Shown here: positions 46,176 through 55,997 of the stretch, in pieces
How the letters are laid out: the number at the start of each line of letters is the position of its first letter
How positions within the stretch are numbered: position 1 is the first letter of the stretch
Virus record (IMG/VR): IMGVR_UViG_3300034683_000137
Origin: an uncultured virus (IMG/VR IMGVR_UViG_3300034683_000137)
Taxonomy: Duplodnaviria; Heunggongvirae; Uroviricota; Caudoviricetes
Reading direction: 5' to 3' (one strand)
DNA: 64,000 bases
The notes under the pieces: model-generated
The model's database searches: none
What the model saw: only the letters and a program-made list of their open reading frames with translations
Told to the model about the DNA's origin: nothing
Translations under genes and position numbers: made by a program

Positions 46176-46400
46176 ATGTATACTAGAAAGAAGGTACTTG
46201 TCAATATAAAATCTCCTGGCACATTAAATGCATTTGGATTTAACTCCCTTAGAACTCCAGCTATTGTTGAATTATATGAACACCAGCTATTGCTTTTGGA
46301 TGTGCAAGGAGTACAATATGAGATTATAGATAACACTCAAGAAAGCACAGGTAAGAAATCTAAATCATTACAACCAGAAAGTGAAGAAATTGGAAAGTAG
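46176..46400 (+). CDS. small hypothetical protein
   Basis: 74 aa, SD AAGGAG. Confidence 0.65.
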   Translation: MYTRKKVLVNIKSPGTLNAFGFNSLRTPAIVELYEHQLLLLDVQGVQYEIIDNTQESTGKKSKSLQPESEEIGK

Positions 46401-46474
46401 TTTTATTAACTACTTGATTTTTCACAAAATGTCATATATAATCAAAAAGAAAAGATAAAATCATTCTAAGAATA

Positions 46475-46783
46475 TTGGAGGGTATAATTATGGAAAATCA
46501 GGTTAAGGAAAAAACATGTGCTATTAGGTTGGTATTTGGGTATATTAATAACACTAAATCAGTTCTCACTGCAGAGAATGTCACCAAACAAGATATTCAT
46601 CGTATAGCTGAAAAAATTGCAGAGAGTAAGACTGATTTTGTGTTGCTTGACATACCAACCAGAGAACAAGATGTCTTATTACTTAATAAGAAAGATCTTG
46701 TGTTTTTCTATGCTACCACTAAGAAACATGTAAGAGGTGGGGCTGAAGACTATTCTGATGATGAATGTTCTGAAAATGAATAG
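46475..46783 (+). CDS. hypothetical protein
   Basis: ~100 aa, SD GGAGG (likely start 46490). Confidence 0.65.
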   Translation: MEGIIMENQVKEKTCAIRLVFGYINNTKSVLTAENVTKQDIHRIAEKIAESKTDFVLLDIPTREQDVLLLNKKDLVFFYATTKKHVRGGAEDYSDDECSENE

Positions 46784-46810
46784 TAAAACAAAATAAAATA
46801 TTCTCATTTG

Positions 46811-46861
46811 TAATCAATCGAGTTGCAATGTCAAATTAAATCATTGCAACTCGATTGATTA
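46811..46861. terminator. 20-bp inverted repeat
   Basis: TAATCAATCGAGTTGCAATG / CATTGCAACTCGATTGATTA. Confidence 0.7.
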
Positions 46862-46890
46862 TGATAATAAGAGAGAGGAGTTTTTCATAA

Positions 46891-47265
46891 ATGATAAAAT
46901 ATATTATAATTTTCATGTTATTATACTTAACATTCATGTTGTCTAGATTACTGTCCTCAATAAGAGAGCGAAATAGAATTAAATCAATGAGAAATACTCT
47001 TTCCATGCTTTCAGAAACAATATCATCATTGATAGATTTTTTCATGCAAGAAAAAGGTGTACACGATGCACTTGTTAATAATTTGGATTTAAATACTGAA
47101 GAATACTTTATGATATACAAAGAAGCATTTGCATATATTGTGAAAAATATACCTAGAAAATTACAAAGAGAATCCTTGGTATTTATGACCAAGGATCAAT
47201 ACTTTGATTTTATATCTAGAGAAATATATAGACATTTGAATATGATTTATAACGTTATTAGATAA
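46891..47265 (+). CDS. membrane-anchored hypothetical protein
   Basis: N-terminal hydrophobic helix; SD GAGGAG. Confidence 0.65.
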   Translation: MIKYIIIFMLLYLTFMLSRLLSSIRERNRIKSMRNTLSMLSETISSLIDFFMQEKGVHDALVNNLDLNTEEYFMIYKEAFAYIVKNIPRKLQRESLVFMTKDQYFDFISREIYRHLNMIYNVIR

Positions 47266-47297
47266 GATTGATTTCACACTGAGAGGTGTATTATTAA

Positions 47298-49346
47298 TTG
47301 TCCATTAAAGATACATTTAGAAATTTACTATATAGTATTAACAAAAGTGGAGATCTAACTATTGATTTTGAACGTCATCTGGATGATGTTAATAGTGCTG
47401 ATTTATTAAGTCCCTATAGGAAAAAAGACTGGATTGATTTGGTTAATGCTGTTGTTAATAAATCTAACAATGGAAAAGAATCAGATGTTATAGACAATGT
47501 ATTGAGTTCATTTAATGCTGGATATTCTCAATTTACACCATCTAAGAAAAGATTAGATAGTTATAAGAATATACTTGCTGTTAAAGATAGAATACCAATA
47601 TTAGGAAAAGCATTACGTATATGGGCTGATAATATTCTTTCACCAGATGATATTAATAAACGATCTTTGAATGTAATATCTGAATTGGATGATATTGAAG
47701 GTATAGAGACTGAAATGGATCTTCTTAAACAAGAATTTAGAAATGCTATGAAAGTATTAGCTATAGATAAGAAAGCAGATTATATTATTCAGAATACTTT
47801 ATTATTTGGTGATTTCTTTGTTGAATTAACTACCAGGCAGCATGAAATGGAGAATATGTTTGGTGGTGTCATCAGAGAAGAAAAGATCAATCTATCTGAA
47901 ATAAATAATAAGTTATTTCAAAATAAACAGATATCAGTTAAGTTGTTAGAAACAGAAGATATAAAGCATATTCGCAGACATAATTTAATAGAAAATGATT
48001 TAGTATCAAAGGAATTAAGAGAATATAAAGAAGATAATATCACAGAAGATTATCTTATTACTGAAGATGAATCAAATAAAGATGTTGAAAAAAATAATAA
48101 TGATAATATAACATATGAGGATGTTTCGTTAATATTTCATCAACCACATAATGTAATTAAGATACAACGTTATAATATATGTCTTGGTTATTTAGTTATT
48201 GATAGTGAAACAAGTGCTCAAGAAGCAGCAGGTCCAAGAATGGGTAATGTAGGATCCTTTTCTAAGATGCAGATGGACTCTGAAAAAGAGGCATTTAATA
48301 CTATTATAAACAAAGTGTATGCTGTTATTTCTTCATATCTCAAACAAATAGATGTAAATTCATTATCTGATGATATAAAGGATGTTCTAATTAATATTAT
48401 AAAAGGTTATAATAAAATTAGTTCTATTAAATCTGTCAATGTAAGATATGTGCCTGAAAGCAATATGATTCATTTTAAGAATATAAGTCTTAAAGATGAA
48501 GTATATGGAGAGTCTATATTTGCAGATCTTGAGTTTATATTTAGACTGTATCTTGCTAGATTAGTATCATCTACGATATATATGCTTTCTAGAGCAGGAA
48601 AGCATATGATATTTACTGTAGATGTTTCAGGTACTAGAGATGCATCTAGTAGAATAGAAAATGTTAAAAGAGCAGTTAAGAGTAGAGAAGTAAAGGTATC
48701 TGATTTAAATGATATAGAAACTATTCCTTCTATTGTGTCTACATTTGAAGATTATTATTTACCTGCTAAAGATGGAAAAAGATATGTTGAAATGGATACA
48801 CTTGATATGGGATCCTATTCAGATACCAGACAGGGTGAAGATACAACACTCATAAAGAATATATTAACTGGTATTGAAATTCCACCATCTTATCTAGGTA
48901 TAGAAGAATTCAATTCAACCAAAGCAACCCTAGCACAAGAAAGCATGTTATTTGCGAGATCAGTTATCAGATATCAAAAGATGTTTTCTGAATACTTTAC
49001 AGAGTTAATGCATAAAATATATATTTTAGTACATTCTGACGATGATGATCTCAATAACAATTATCATAATATAACTCTAACGTTTATGCCACCAAGAGGC
49101 ATTATTACTGAGGCATTGTCAAAGATGTACACTGAAATTAGAGATATATACAATTCACTTAAAGAAATGAATGTACCTGAAGAGAAAATATTAAGGAGAT
49201 TCTTACCAGAATATGATTTTGATGAATTCTATCTAGAACAGATGGAGAAATCAAGAGAAGAATCCAATGAAGAAGACATGGGTGGTGGAGAACTCTCATC
49301 AGATCTGTTTGGAGGAGAAGAAACACCAGCTCCAGAGACTCCTTAA
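47298..49346 (+). CDS. portal protein (T4 gp20-like)
   Basis: YGESIF, SRAGKHMIFTVDV, EDYYLP, EIPPSYLG. Confidence 0.88.
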   Translation: MSIKDTFRNLLYSINKSGDLTIDFERHLDDVNSADLLSPYRKKDWIDLVNAVVNKSNNGKESDVIDNVLSSFNAGYSQFTPSKKRLDSYKNILAVKDRIPILGKALRIWADNILSPDDINKRSLNVISELDDIEGIETEMDLLKQEFRNAMKVLAIDKKADYIIQNTLLFGDFFVELTTRQHEMENMFGGVIREEKINLSEINNKLFQNKQISVKLLETEDIKHIRRHNLIENDLVSKELREYKEDNITEDYLITEDESNKDVEKNNNDNITYEDVSLIFHQPHNVIKIQRYNICLGYLVIDSETSAQEAAGPRMGNVGSFSKMQMDSEKEAFNTIINKVYAVISSYLKQIDVNSLSDDIKDVLINIIKGYNKISSIKSVNVRYVPESNMIHFKNISLKDEVYGESIFADLEFIFRLYLARLVSSTIYMLSRAGKHMIFTVDVSGTRDASSRIENVKRAVKSREVKVSDLNDIETIPSIVSTFEDYYLPAKDGKRYVEMDTLDMGSYSDTRQGEDTTLIKNILTGIEIPPSYLGIEEFNSTKATLAQESMLFARSVIRYQKMFSEYFTELMHKIYILVHSDDDDLNNNYHNITLTFMPPRGIITEALSKMYTEIRDIYNSLKEMNVPEEKILRRFLPEYDFDEFYLEQMEKSREESNEEDMGGGELSSDLFGGEETPAPETP

Positions 49347-49387
49347 TAACATATTATAAGTAATATTGATGGAGGTTATAGTATAAA

Positions 49388-50155
49388 ATGACTATTGACA
49401 ATATATTATATAGTAAGTATGAGAATATTGATGAATTATTGAATAAGATATATGATATCGATAATTATACTGAAAACGATGTTTTATTTGAAGTAGATGA
49501 TTTGTTAGATGAAGAAGATGATGATCAAAATGAAACAGATGATCAACAAATTAATGATGATGAGTTAAATAATGAACCTTCTGATATTACTGGTCAGAAT
49601 GATAATCCAGATTCTAATATCAACGATATTACACCAGAAGATATCTTAAACACCAATGATCAAAACATTCCAGAAACTCCTGAGATAGATTCTGGAGATG
49701 AACAAGATGCTGAGAGTATCAAAGATAAATTCTTATTTAATCTTAAACAATTAATCAGAATCAGAGATTTGCTCAATATGGCATCTACTAAAACAAGAGA
49801 TGCTGATTTTACTCCTTTAATAAAGTATGTAAACAAAGTTTTACAAACAATTGCAACTATTGGTGATAGCATATATGAGAAAGATAATCTAGATGAAGTT
49901 AATAAAAAACTGGAGGAATTTTCTGCAGAAGTTGTAAAACAGGCTATAGAGATATTGAAGAAATATAATTCTGATGATGAAACCTTATCACAAGATAATC
50001 AGGATAATGATAATAATGATGATAAAAAGAGTGATGAGGATAACAGTGCAACTAATAGTGAAGAAGATAATATATCTGATAAGGATAATCAATTATCTAG
50101 TTCTCCAAAAGAACAAGATGATGATATTGACTCTTTATTAAATACAATTGGTTAG
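49388..50155 (+). CDS. acidic prohead core/scaffold-like protein
   Basis: very D/E-rich; between portal and protease. Confidence 0.55.
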   Translation: MTIDNILYSKYENIDELLNKIYDIDNYTENDVLFEVDDLLDEEDDDQNETDDQQINDDELNNEPSDITGQNDNPDSNINDITPEDILNTNDQNIPETPEIDSGDEQDAESIKDKFLFNLKQLIRIRDLLNMASTKTRDADFTPLIKYVNKVLQTIATIGDSIYEKDNLDEVNKKLEEFSAEVVKQAIEILKKYNSDDETLSQDNQDNDNNDDKKSDEDNSATNSEEDNISDKDNQLSSSPKEQDDDIDSLLNTIG

Positions 50156-51065
50156 GAGGTTCAAAAACATAATGTATATATATTTGGATAATGGTATAGA
50201 TAAAACTAACCTATATACTGAAGTAGTTGATTCAAAGTATATGGGTGCCAGGATGCCAAAAGTTAAAATTAGAACTGTATTGCAGACTACTGATGATGTT
50301 AATTTTAATAAACGTATGTATCCTAAATATCTAGTTGAGAAAGCGATTAATTCCTTACAACCACTTATTCAAGCAAGGACATTGCTTGGAGAACTGGATC
50401 ATCCTGTGCTTACAGGTAATACTGAAGTAGATGAATATAGGCATTTTGTTGTATTATATGATAATGTTTCACATATAATAAATAAAATGTGGATGGATGG
50501 TAATATGGTCTTGGGAGAGATTGAGACCACCTCTACTGATAATGGATATAAATTAGCTGGTTTAATAATGGATGGTGTTAAGGTAGGATTTTCAGTTAGA
50601 GCAGTAGGTGAATGTAAACCAAGATCTGATGGAATTACTGAAATAACAGCCCCATTTGAAATCATAACATATGATTGTGTTAGTAATCCTTCACATGAAA
50701 AGGCACGTATGATTGAGATTGTCAAAGAACATTTTGCAAATACTAAAAAGAGAGCATCATATTTGACAGAATCCAATATTCTGGTAGATAGATTTGATAT
50801 TGTTAATGGTATGTTTAATTCTAAACCATTAGCTGAAAATAAAGTAAAGAATGATTTTGAAACTTTATTGGAACTGCTAGAAATTAATTTGAAACATAAC
50901 AAATTAATGGAAGCAGAAAATACTGTAGATAAATTAATTGAGAATTATCTATATGATGAAGAAGAATATAAGAAAGAAAAGAATCTTGTAGATTTTCTCA
51001 ATGATTATATAAATACCAGAGAACCAATTGATACCTTATTTAAAAAATATTTTGGGATAGAATAA
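50148..51065 (+). CDS. prohead protease (T4 gp21-like)
   Basis: NFNKRMYP, LGELDHP, VSH, GFSVRAVG, YDCVSNPSH (likely start 50172). Confidence 0.92.
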   Translation: MVRRFKNIMYIYLDNGIDKTNLYTEVVDSKYMGARMPKVKIRTVLQTTDDVNFNKRMYPKYLVEKAINSLQPLIQARTLLGELDHPVLTGNTEVDEYRHFVVLYDNVSHIINKMWMDGNMVLGEIETTSTDNGYKLAGLIMDGVKVGFSVRAVGECKPRSDGITEITAPFEIITYDCVSNPSHEKARMIEIVKEHFANTKKRASYLTESNILVDRFDIVNGMFNSKPLAENKVKNDFETLLELLEINLKHNKLMEAENTVDKLIENYLYDEEEYKKEKNLVDFLNDYINTREPIDTLFKKYFGIE

Positions 51066-51093
51066 TTATTATCTAAAGAGAGGTAAAAAAATA

Positions 51094-51519
51094 ATGCCTA
51101 CATATAAGAATCACAATCCTAAAGATGTAGTTGTTGGTGATTTTATCGCAAAAGGTAATTCTACTTTTACTCTTAGTAGATATCTTTCTAAAGCAGAGCT
51201 TAACAAATATATAGAATTTATTTCAGACGATCCACCAGTTTCTCCTATTCTTTATAGCTTTAAAGAAGATAACTTAGTAGATCAATTTACAATTGAATTA
51301 CCAATTGAAAAAATGTCGTCGATGTATAGATTGAACGTTGTTATAGAATGTGAATCTAATTTAAAATTATACTTCAATTCTATGAATTCTACTCCTGCTT
51401 ATTTAAAAGCTGGAAGATATGTATTCAATAATATTCAAAGTAATTTGCTTAGAAAGTTAATAATAGTTAATGATAATGGTAGTACTAATAAGATAAGTGG
51501 TTATATTTCTTATTGTTAA
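51094..51519 (+). CDS. hypothetical virion protein
   Basis: 141 aa in the head cluster. Confidence 0.6.
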   Translation: MPTYKNHNPKDVVVGDFIAKGNSTFTLSRYLSKAELNKYIEFISDDPPVSPILYSFKEDNLVDQFTIELPIEKMSSMYRLNVVIECESNLKLYFNSMNSTPAYLKAGRYVFNNIQSNLLRKLIIVNDNGSTNKISGYISYC

Positions 51520-51625
51520 TTAGCTGAAAGATAATAGACTAAGAAGATATGAAGTATAGTAGACAGAAGATAATAATTTATTTGGGAATAAATTATAAAC
51601 ACTTTTTAATATGGGGGTAAAATAA

Positions 51626-53104
51626 ATGCAATATAGTGCTGTAAAATCGTTGTTGCAGGAAACTGCAAAGTCTATGAAGAAGCAGGGTGTGGATGTAGTA
51701 GCAAACTATCCACAGATATTGGCTGATGATGCTCTTTTCGATTACTATGTAGAAGCTCTTTCAGAAGGTCTTGAATTAAATATGAAAGATGAATTCAAGA
51801 CTATGTCTGGTCTGGTTAGGGAAGGAATACTTGCTGAAACTGTTTATGGGTTTAAACCACAGGCTCAGCTAATTCTTCCTGTATTTAGGAAAATGTGGCC
51901 TGCATTGGTTGCTAGGGAAGCATTGACAGTGTTGCCAATGGAGCAGCCTGAAATTATAAGGCCCTTTTTGATTGCTGTAGCTAAAGTTGGCAATGAAGAG
52001 TTTGATCTGCCTAATCTACAGAGGGATGTTTCTAGTGCAACTCAAATAGGAGTAACTGCTCCTGCTCTTGTTGCTGTTCCTTCTGTTACTGATTTGCTGG
52101 CTGCTCAGGGATTGAATCCTTCTCAGGCTCATCTACAGAGAGATTTTCAGATTGTTAGTGTTACTTTTACTACTGATAATGGTAGCACCACTTCTGATGT
52201 AGATATATTGGTTGAGCCCAATGAAGAAGGTATGTTTAATTTTGATGTTGAACTTGGAACCAGTGGTCTCGTAGATCATGTATCTGGTAATGTAGACTAT
52301 TTCAAAGGAACAGTAACTGTATCTAATACTAGAGCAGGAGAAGCTGAAAGAGTAACTGGTATATCCATAGTAGCAAGCATTTCTGGATTTGAGGAAATGT
52401 ATGCTAATAAAATTAGTTTTAAACATCTTAAGATTAGAATGAATGCTATTGACCATGAAGTGCAGGCTGAATGGACGATTCAGTATGAGCAGGATGTCAA
52501 AGCATATTTTGATATGGATGTCCAGGCTCAGTTGGTAGATACGTTTGGAAATGTTATAGCGTTGGATATTGATAGGAAACTGATTAATGCCCTTATTAGG
52601 GAAACAAGCATTTTCCATCCCAATGCAATAAAAACTTTCTCCAAGACACCTGATGCTAATTTTGCATTTGGTAGAAAAGAATGGTACAACCAGATTGTAG
52701 TTCAGCTGAATGAAGTAAGCAACCAGATTTATGTTGATACTAATATTGGAGTGGCCAATACTATAGTAGCCAATCCTCTTGATGTTGCTATTCTGAAAAC
52801 TACTTCTGATTATTCTTTCAAGGGTAATACTGTTGGTGGTGGAGCATTTGGTAATTCGCCTATAGCTGGTGTGCTGGATGATACTTGGAAAGTGCTAAGC
52901 TCTCCTGTAGTTCCTCAGGGTAAAATGATAGTATTGTTAAAGCCTGAGAATCCAGATCACGCTGTGTTTGTGTTTGCACCATATAGGCCACTAACCATTA
53001 CACCATTCCCTCTTGGCAGGAAACCAGTCATGACCTTCCTTAGCAGGTATGCTGCTAAGTTTATAAGGCATGAAGGTGTAGGACTTATTGAAATAACTAA
53101 CTAA
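51626..53104 (+). CDS. major capsid protein (T4 gp23-like)
   Basis: LPVFRKMWP, VLPMEQP, AEWTIQYEQD, IALDIDR, FVFAPY. Confidence 0.9.
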   Translation: MQYSAVKSLLQETAKSMKKQGVDVVANYPQILADDALFDYYVEALSEGLELNMKDEFKTMSGLVREGILAETVYGFKPQAQLILPVFRKMWPALVAREALTVLPMEQPEIIRPFLIAVAKVGNEEFDLPNLQRDVSSATQIGVTAPALVAVPSVTDLLAAQGLNPSQAHLQRDFQIVSVTFTTDNGSTTSDVDILVEPNEEGMFNFDVELGTSGLVDHVSGNVDYFKGTVTVSNTRAGEAERVTGISIVASISGFEEMYANKISFKHLKIRMNAIDHEVQAEWTIQYEQDVKAYFDMDVQAQLVDTFGNVIALDIDRKLINALIRETSIFHPNAIKTFSKTPDANFAFGRKEWYNQIVVQLNEVSNQIYVDTNIGVANTIVANPLDVAILKTTSDYSFKGNTVGGGAFGNSPIAGVLDDTWKVLSSPVVPQGKMIVLLKPENPDHAVFVFAPYRPLTITPFPLGRKPVMTFLSRYAAKFIRHEGVGLIEITN

Positions 53105-53147
53105 TTCTATACTAAACTACATTTCAATGTAACATGTAATACTATAT

Positions 53148-53181
53148 CATATTGGTCTCCCTGATAAAGGGAGACCAATAT
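53148..53181 (+). terminator. intrinsic terminator after the capsid gene
   Basis: ATATTGGTCTCCCT-gataa-AGGGAGACCAATAT followed by a T-tract. Confidence 0.85.
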
Positions 53182-53254
53182 ATTTTTGTATTGCATTTTT
53201 GTACTGAATGATGTAAAATATAATAACGAATAATAATTAATTACAAGGAGGATT

Positions 53255-54127
53255 TTGTTAATGGCTTATCAAGCAAAAGATTTACCAAAATTTGAGGATT
53301 TTCAGTTTCCTACGTTTGAGGTTATAACACCACATAGTAAATTACATTTAACTGTTAGGTCTCTTACAGTAGCACAGGAAGAGAGATTAAGGGAATCTGC
53401 TCTTACTGCTGCTAAAGCAACAGCATTACTTAATCAAACTGTATATGAATGTATTACTGAAAAGGAACCACCTTTGGATACTATTTATAATTTCGAACGA
53501 AATGTTTCTATAATAGATAGAGAAGCTTTGCTTTATGGAATATTAGTAGCATCATATGGTGAAGAACAAGACTTTACAATCAATTGCTCTGCTTGTGATT
53601 TTCAATACACTGTTAAAGAGAATATCACTGAAAATGTTGATATAAGATTATATGAGGGAAGAGAAAGTTTAATTGCAAAGACAGTGGATGTAACATTACC
53701 TATAAGTAAATATAAGGCTGTGCTTTGCCTACCTACTTTAAAAGATGAACGTGAGTTTGCAACGAGTAAAGGAATATCTCAGGAAATCTTACGAAGAGCA
53801 GATAGTTATATTATTATAAGAGAATTGCATATTCCACAGAAACAAGTAGCAATGAAGCAGAAACCAGATGAGAATATAGAAAATGAATCATCAACAAATA
53901 ATAGTGAAGATGATAAGAAATATTTGGTTGTTAAAAATGTGTTTGAAATATATTCTTATTTACGTAATCTACCATCAAGAGATAAAATAGCTATTAGAAA
54001 AGCATGGAATGAAGCGTATGGAAATTATGGTATAGATTTATATGTTAGAGGAACCTGTCCCAATTGTGGGAAGTCAGAGGAGAATCCAGTCAGCTTAATA
54101 GCTGAGCTTTTTCGCTTATCACAGTAA
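53255..54127 (+). CDS. baseplate hub assembly protein (gp26-like)
   Basis: VRSLTVAQEE, DREALL...SYG, CSAC and CPNCG. Confidence 0.75.
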   Translation: MLMAYQAKDLPKFEDFQFPTFEVITPHSKLHLTVRSLTVAQEERLRESALTAAKATALLNQTVYECITEKEPPLDTIYNFERNVSIIDREALLYGILVASYGEEQDFTINCSACDFQYTVKENITENVDIRLYEGRESLIAKTVDVTLPISKYKAVLCLPTLKDEREFATSKGISQEILRRADSYIIIRELHIPQKQVAMKQKPDENIENESSTNNSEDDKKYLVVKNVFEIYSYLRNLPSRDKIAIRKAWNEAYGNYGIDLYVRGTCPNCGKSEENPVSLIAELFRLSQ

Positions 54128-54155
54128 TCCTAAAGCACAAGAAACATACAAAAAG

Positions 54156-54344
54156 ATGCTTACTGAAAAGGTAGCATTATTTATGACCCTATTTGGAGGA
54201 GTACCATACAGTGATATTATGGCAATGCCAGTAGGTAAACTTGATGCTATCTTAAATTGGAGAGTAAAGTATGAAGAGGCAAAACAACAAAGAGTAGAAG
54301 AAGAATTGTCCAGGCAAAAAGCAACATCAATGAAAAAGAAATAA
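54156..54344 (+). CDS. gp51-like small baseplate/tail chaperone (possibly a frameshift extension)
   Basis: YSDIMAMP motif; no SD upstream. Confidence 0.6.
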   Translation: MLTEKVALFMTLFGGVPYSDIMAMPVGKLDAILNWRVKYEEAKQQRVEEELSRQKATSMKKK

Positions 54345-54368
54345 TTAAAATAGGAGGAGTAGCAAATA

Positions 54369-54806
54369 ATGGCATATCAAGAGTTGATTGGATGTTTACC
54401 AGAATTATCACCAAATGGAGACTTTTATGAGAGTAGAAACATTGGTGTTATTCTACAGTCCATATTTGTCATTCTTGCTACTCCTCCAGGCAGTAGAATA
54501 TGGCAACCTGAGTTTGGTTGTAATATAACTAAACTTTTATTTTCTTTGGAAACTGATGATATACTAACTGAAGCAAATCAAGAAGTTAGATATGCATTAG
54601 AAAAATGGGAACCTAGAATTAGGGTATTGGACGTACAAAGTGAATTCATAGGAGATAGATATAATAAAGGTATTGGTATAACTATTAGATTTAATTATGC
54701 TGATAGAGATTATACTTATAGATTTCCTATATTAGATAATATAGATTTATTAAGCCAGTCATTATATGAATTAAAAACAGTTAAAGAAGAAAGAGTAGAG
54801 GATTAA
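54369..54806 (+). CDS. baseplate wedge protein gp25
   Basis: ILATPPGSRIWQPEFGC, LEKWEPRIRV. Confidence 0.92.
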   Translation: MAYQELIGCLPELSPNGDFYESRNIGVILQSIFVILATPPGSRIWQPEFGCNITKLLFSLETDDILTEANQEVRYALEKWEPRIRVLDVQSEFIGDRYNKGIGITIRFNYADRDYTYRFPILDNIDLLSQSLYELKTVKEERVED

Positions 54807-54807
54807 A

Positions 54808-55977
54808 ATGCAACCAACTATTAGATTAACAAACTATGCTGATGAATATCAGAAATTAGTATATAATGATTATGCTGATTGGAACAATGTTATATACTCT
54901 ACGTATTATAAATTAGATTATCAAAATACAGTATTTGATGAAAATTATATTCAAACATATAGAACTACTGGTGAGTTATCTGGTAGGAAATGGCATAAGA
55001 TATATATGCTTCCAATAACATTTATTCAACAGGTATTACCTGCCATGAATTCCTCTGAAAGAGGAGTTAATTACTCTCAAGATACGCAGACATCTATTGT
55101 TATAGATCCTTCTACTAATGTTGTACCAACAGTTGGAGATATATTGCATTTTAATATAGATGGAGATTATGTATATTGGATGATAGTTAATATAGAACGT
55201 TCAGCAGCATTAAATAGAGCTTATTATAGATGTGTAGTTGAACAGTTTAGACCATTTGCAAATTGGGAACAATATAATATAAATGGTGAATATATATTCA
55301 TAGAATATTTAAAATCTATTTTGCCATTCTCTCAAGGACAGACATTCTTAATATTATTATCACGTCTTGAGAAAGTAATTAACTATTTAAATTCGTTATA
55401 TCATACAAATATATGTGCACATTTTAATGATAATAAACATTCATTTCCTGAAATTGATTTTATACTTAATACTTATGAAACAATAATTCCTCCAAATGTA
55501 ACCTTGCTATCAGAAAAATATGTAGATCATATTATTAATAGTAGTGTTTTTAATTTATTGTTTTTACCACATATGTTCAATGCAGATGAAATTAATTATA
55601 AGTTTACAAGATCTTATTTCAATCCAAGAATAAAACTGTTTTTAGATTATCAAGAATATACTACTTCTATTACAGATACATATGATATAGATGTAATAGA
55701 GTCTTTCTATCCAGATAAAGTATTAGAAGCTAAATTATCAATAAATGCTTTTAAAGAAGCTATATCCAATCCTACATTAGATATTCCCCAAAATGAATTG
55801 ATGTTAACAGCATTGTTAAGAGAGTTTTTATATCTTTTAAATTCAGTTGATCCAGTTAATGATATAACTGAAACATCCTCTGATATGAAAGCAACTAATT
55901 TATTAGAAGCAGCATTGGAATTTATTATTATATCCAGGAAGTTATCTATACTATCTCAAATTAGTATTAATTTTTAA
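54808..55977 (+). CDS. virion structural protein
   Basis: 389 aa in the baseplate cluster. Confidence 0.6.
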   Translation: MQPTIRLTNYADEYQKLVYNDYADWNNVIYSTYYKLDYQNTVFDENYIQTYRTTGELSGRKWHKIYMLPITFIQQVLPAMNSSERGVNYSQDTQTSIVIDPSTNVVPTVGDILHFNIDGDYVYWMIVNIERSAALNRAYYRCVVEQFRPFANWEQYNINGEYIFIEYLKSILPFSQGQTFLILLSRLEKVINYLNSLYHTNICAHFNDNKHSFPEIDFILNTYETIIPPNVTLLSEKYVDHIINSSVFNLLFLPHMFNADEINYKFTRSYFNPRIKLFLDYQEYTTSITDTYDIDVIESFYPDKVLEAKLSINAFKEAISNPTLDIPQNELMLTALLREFLYLLNSVDPVNDITETSSDMKATNLLEAALEFIIISRKLSILSQISINF

Positions 55978-55997
55978 CAATAGATGGTGACAGAATA

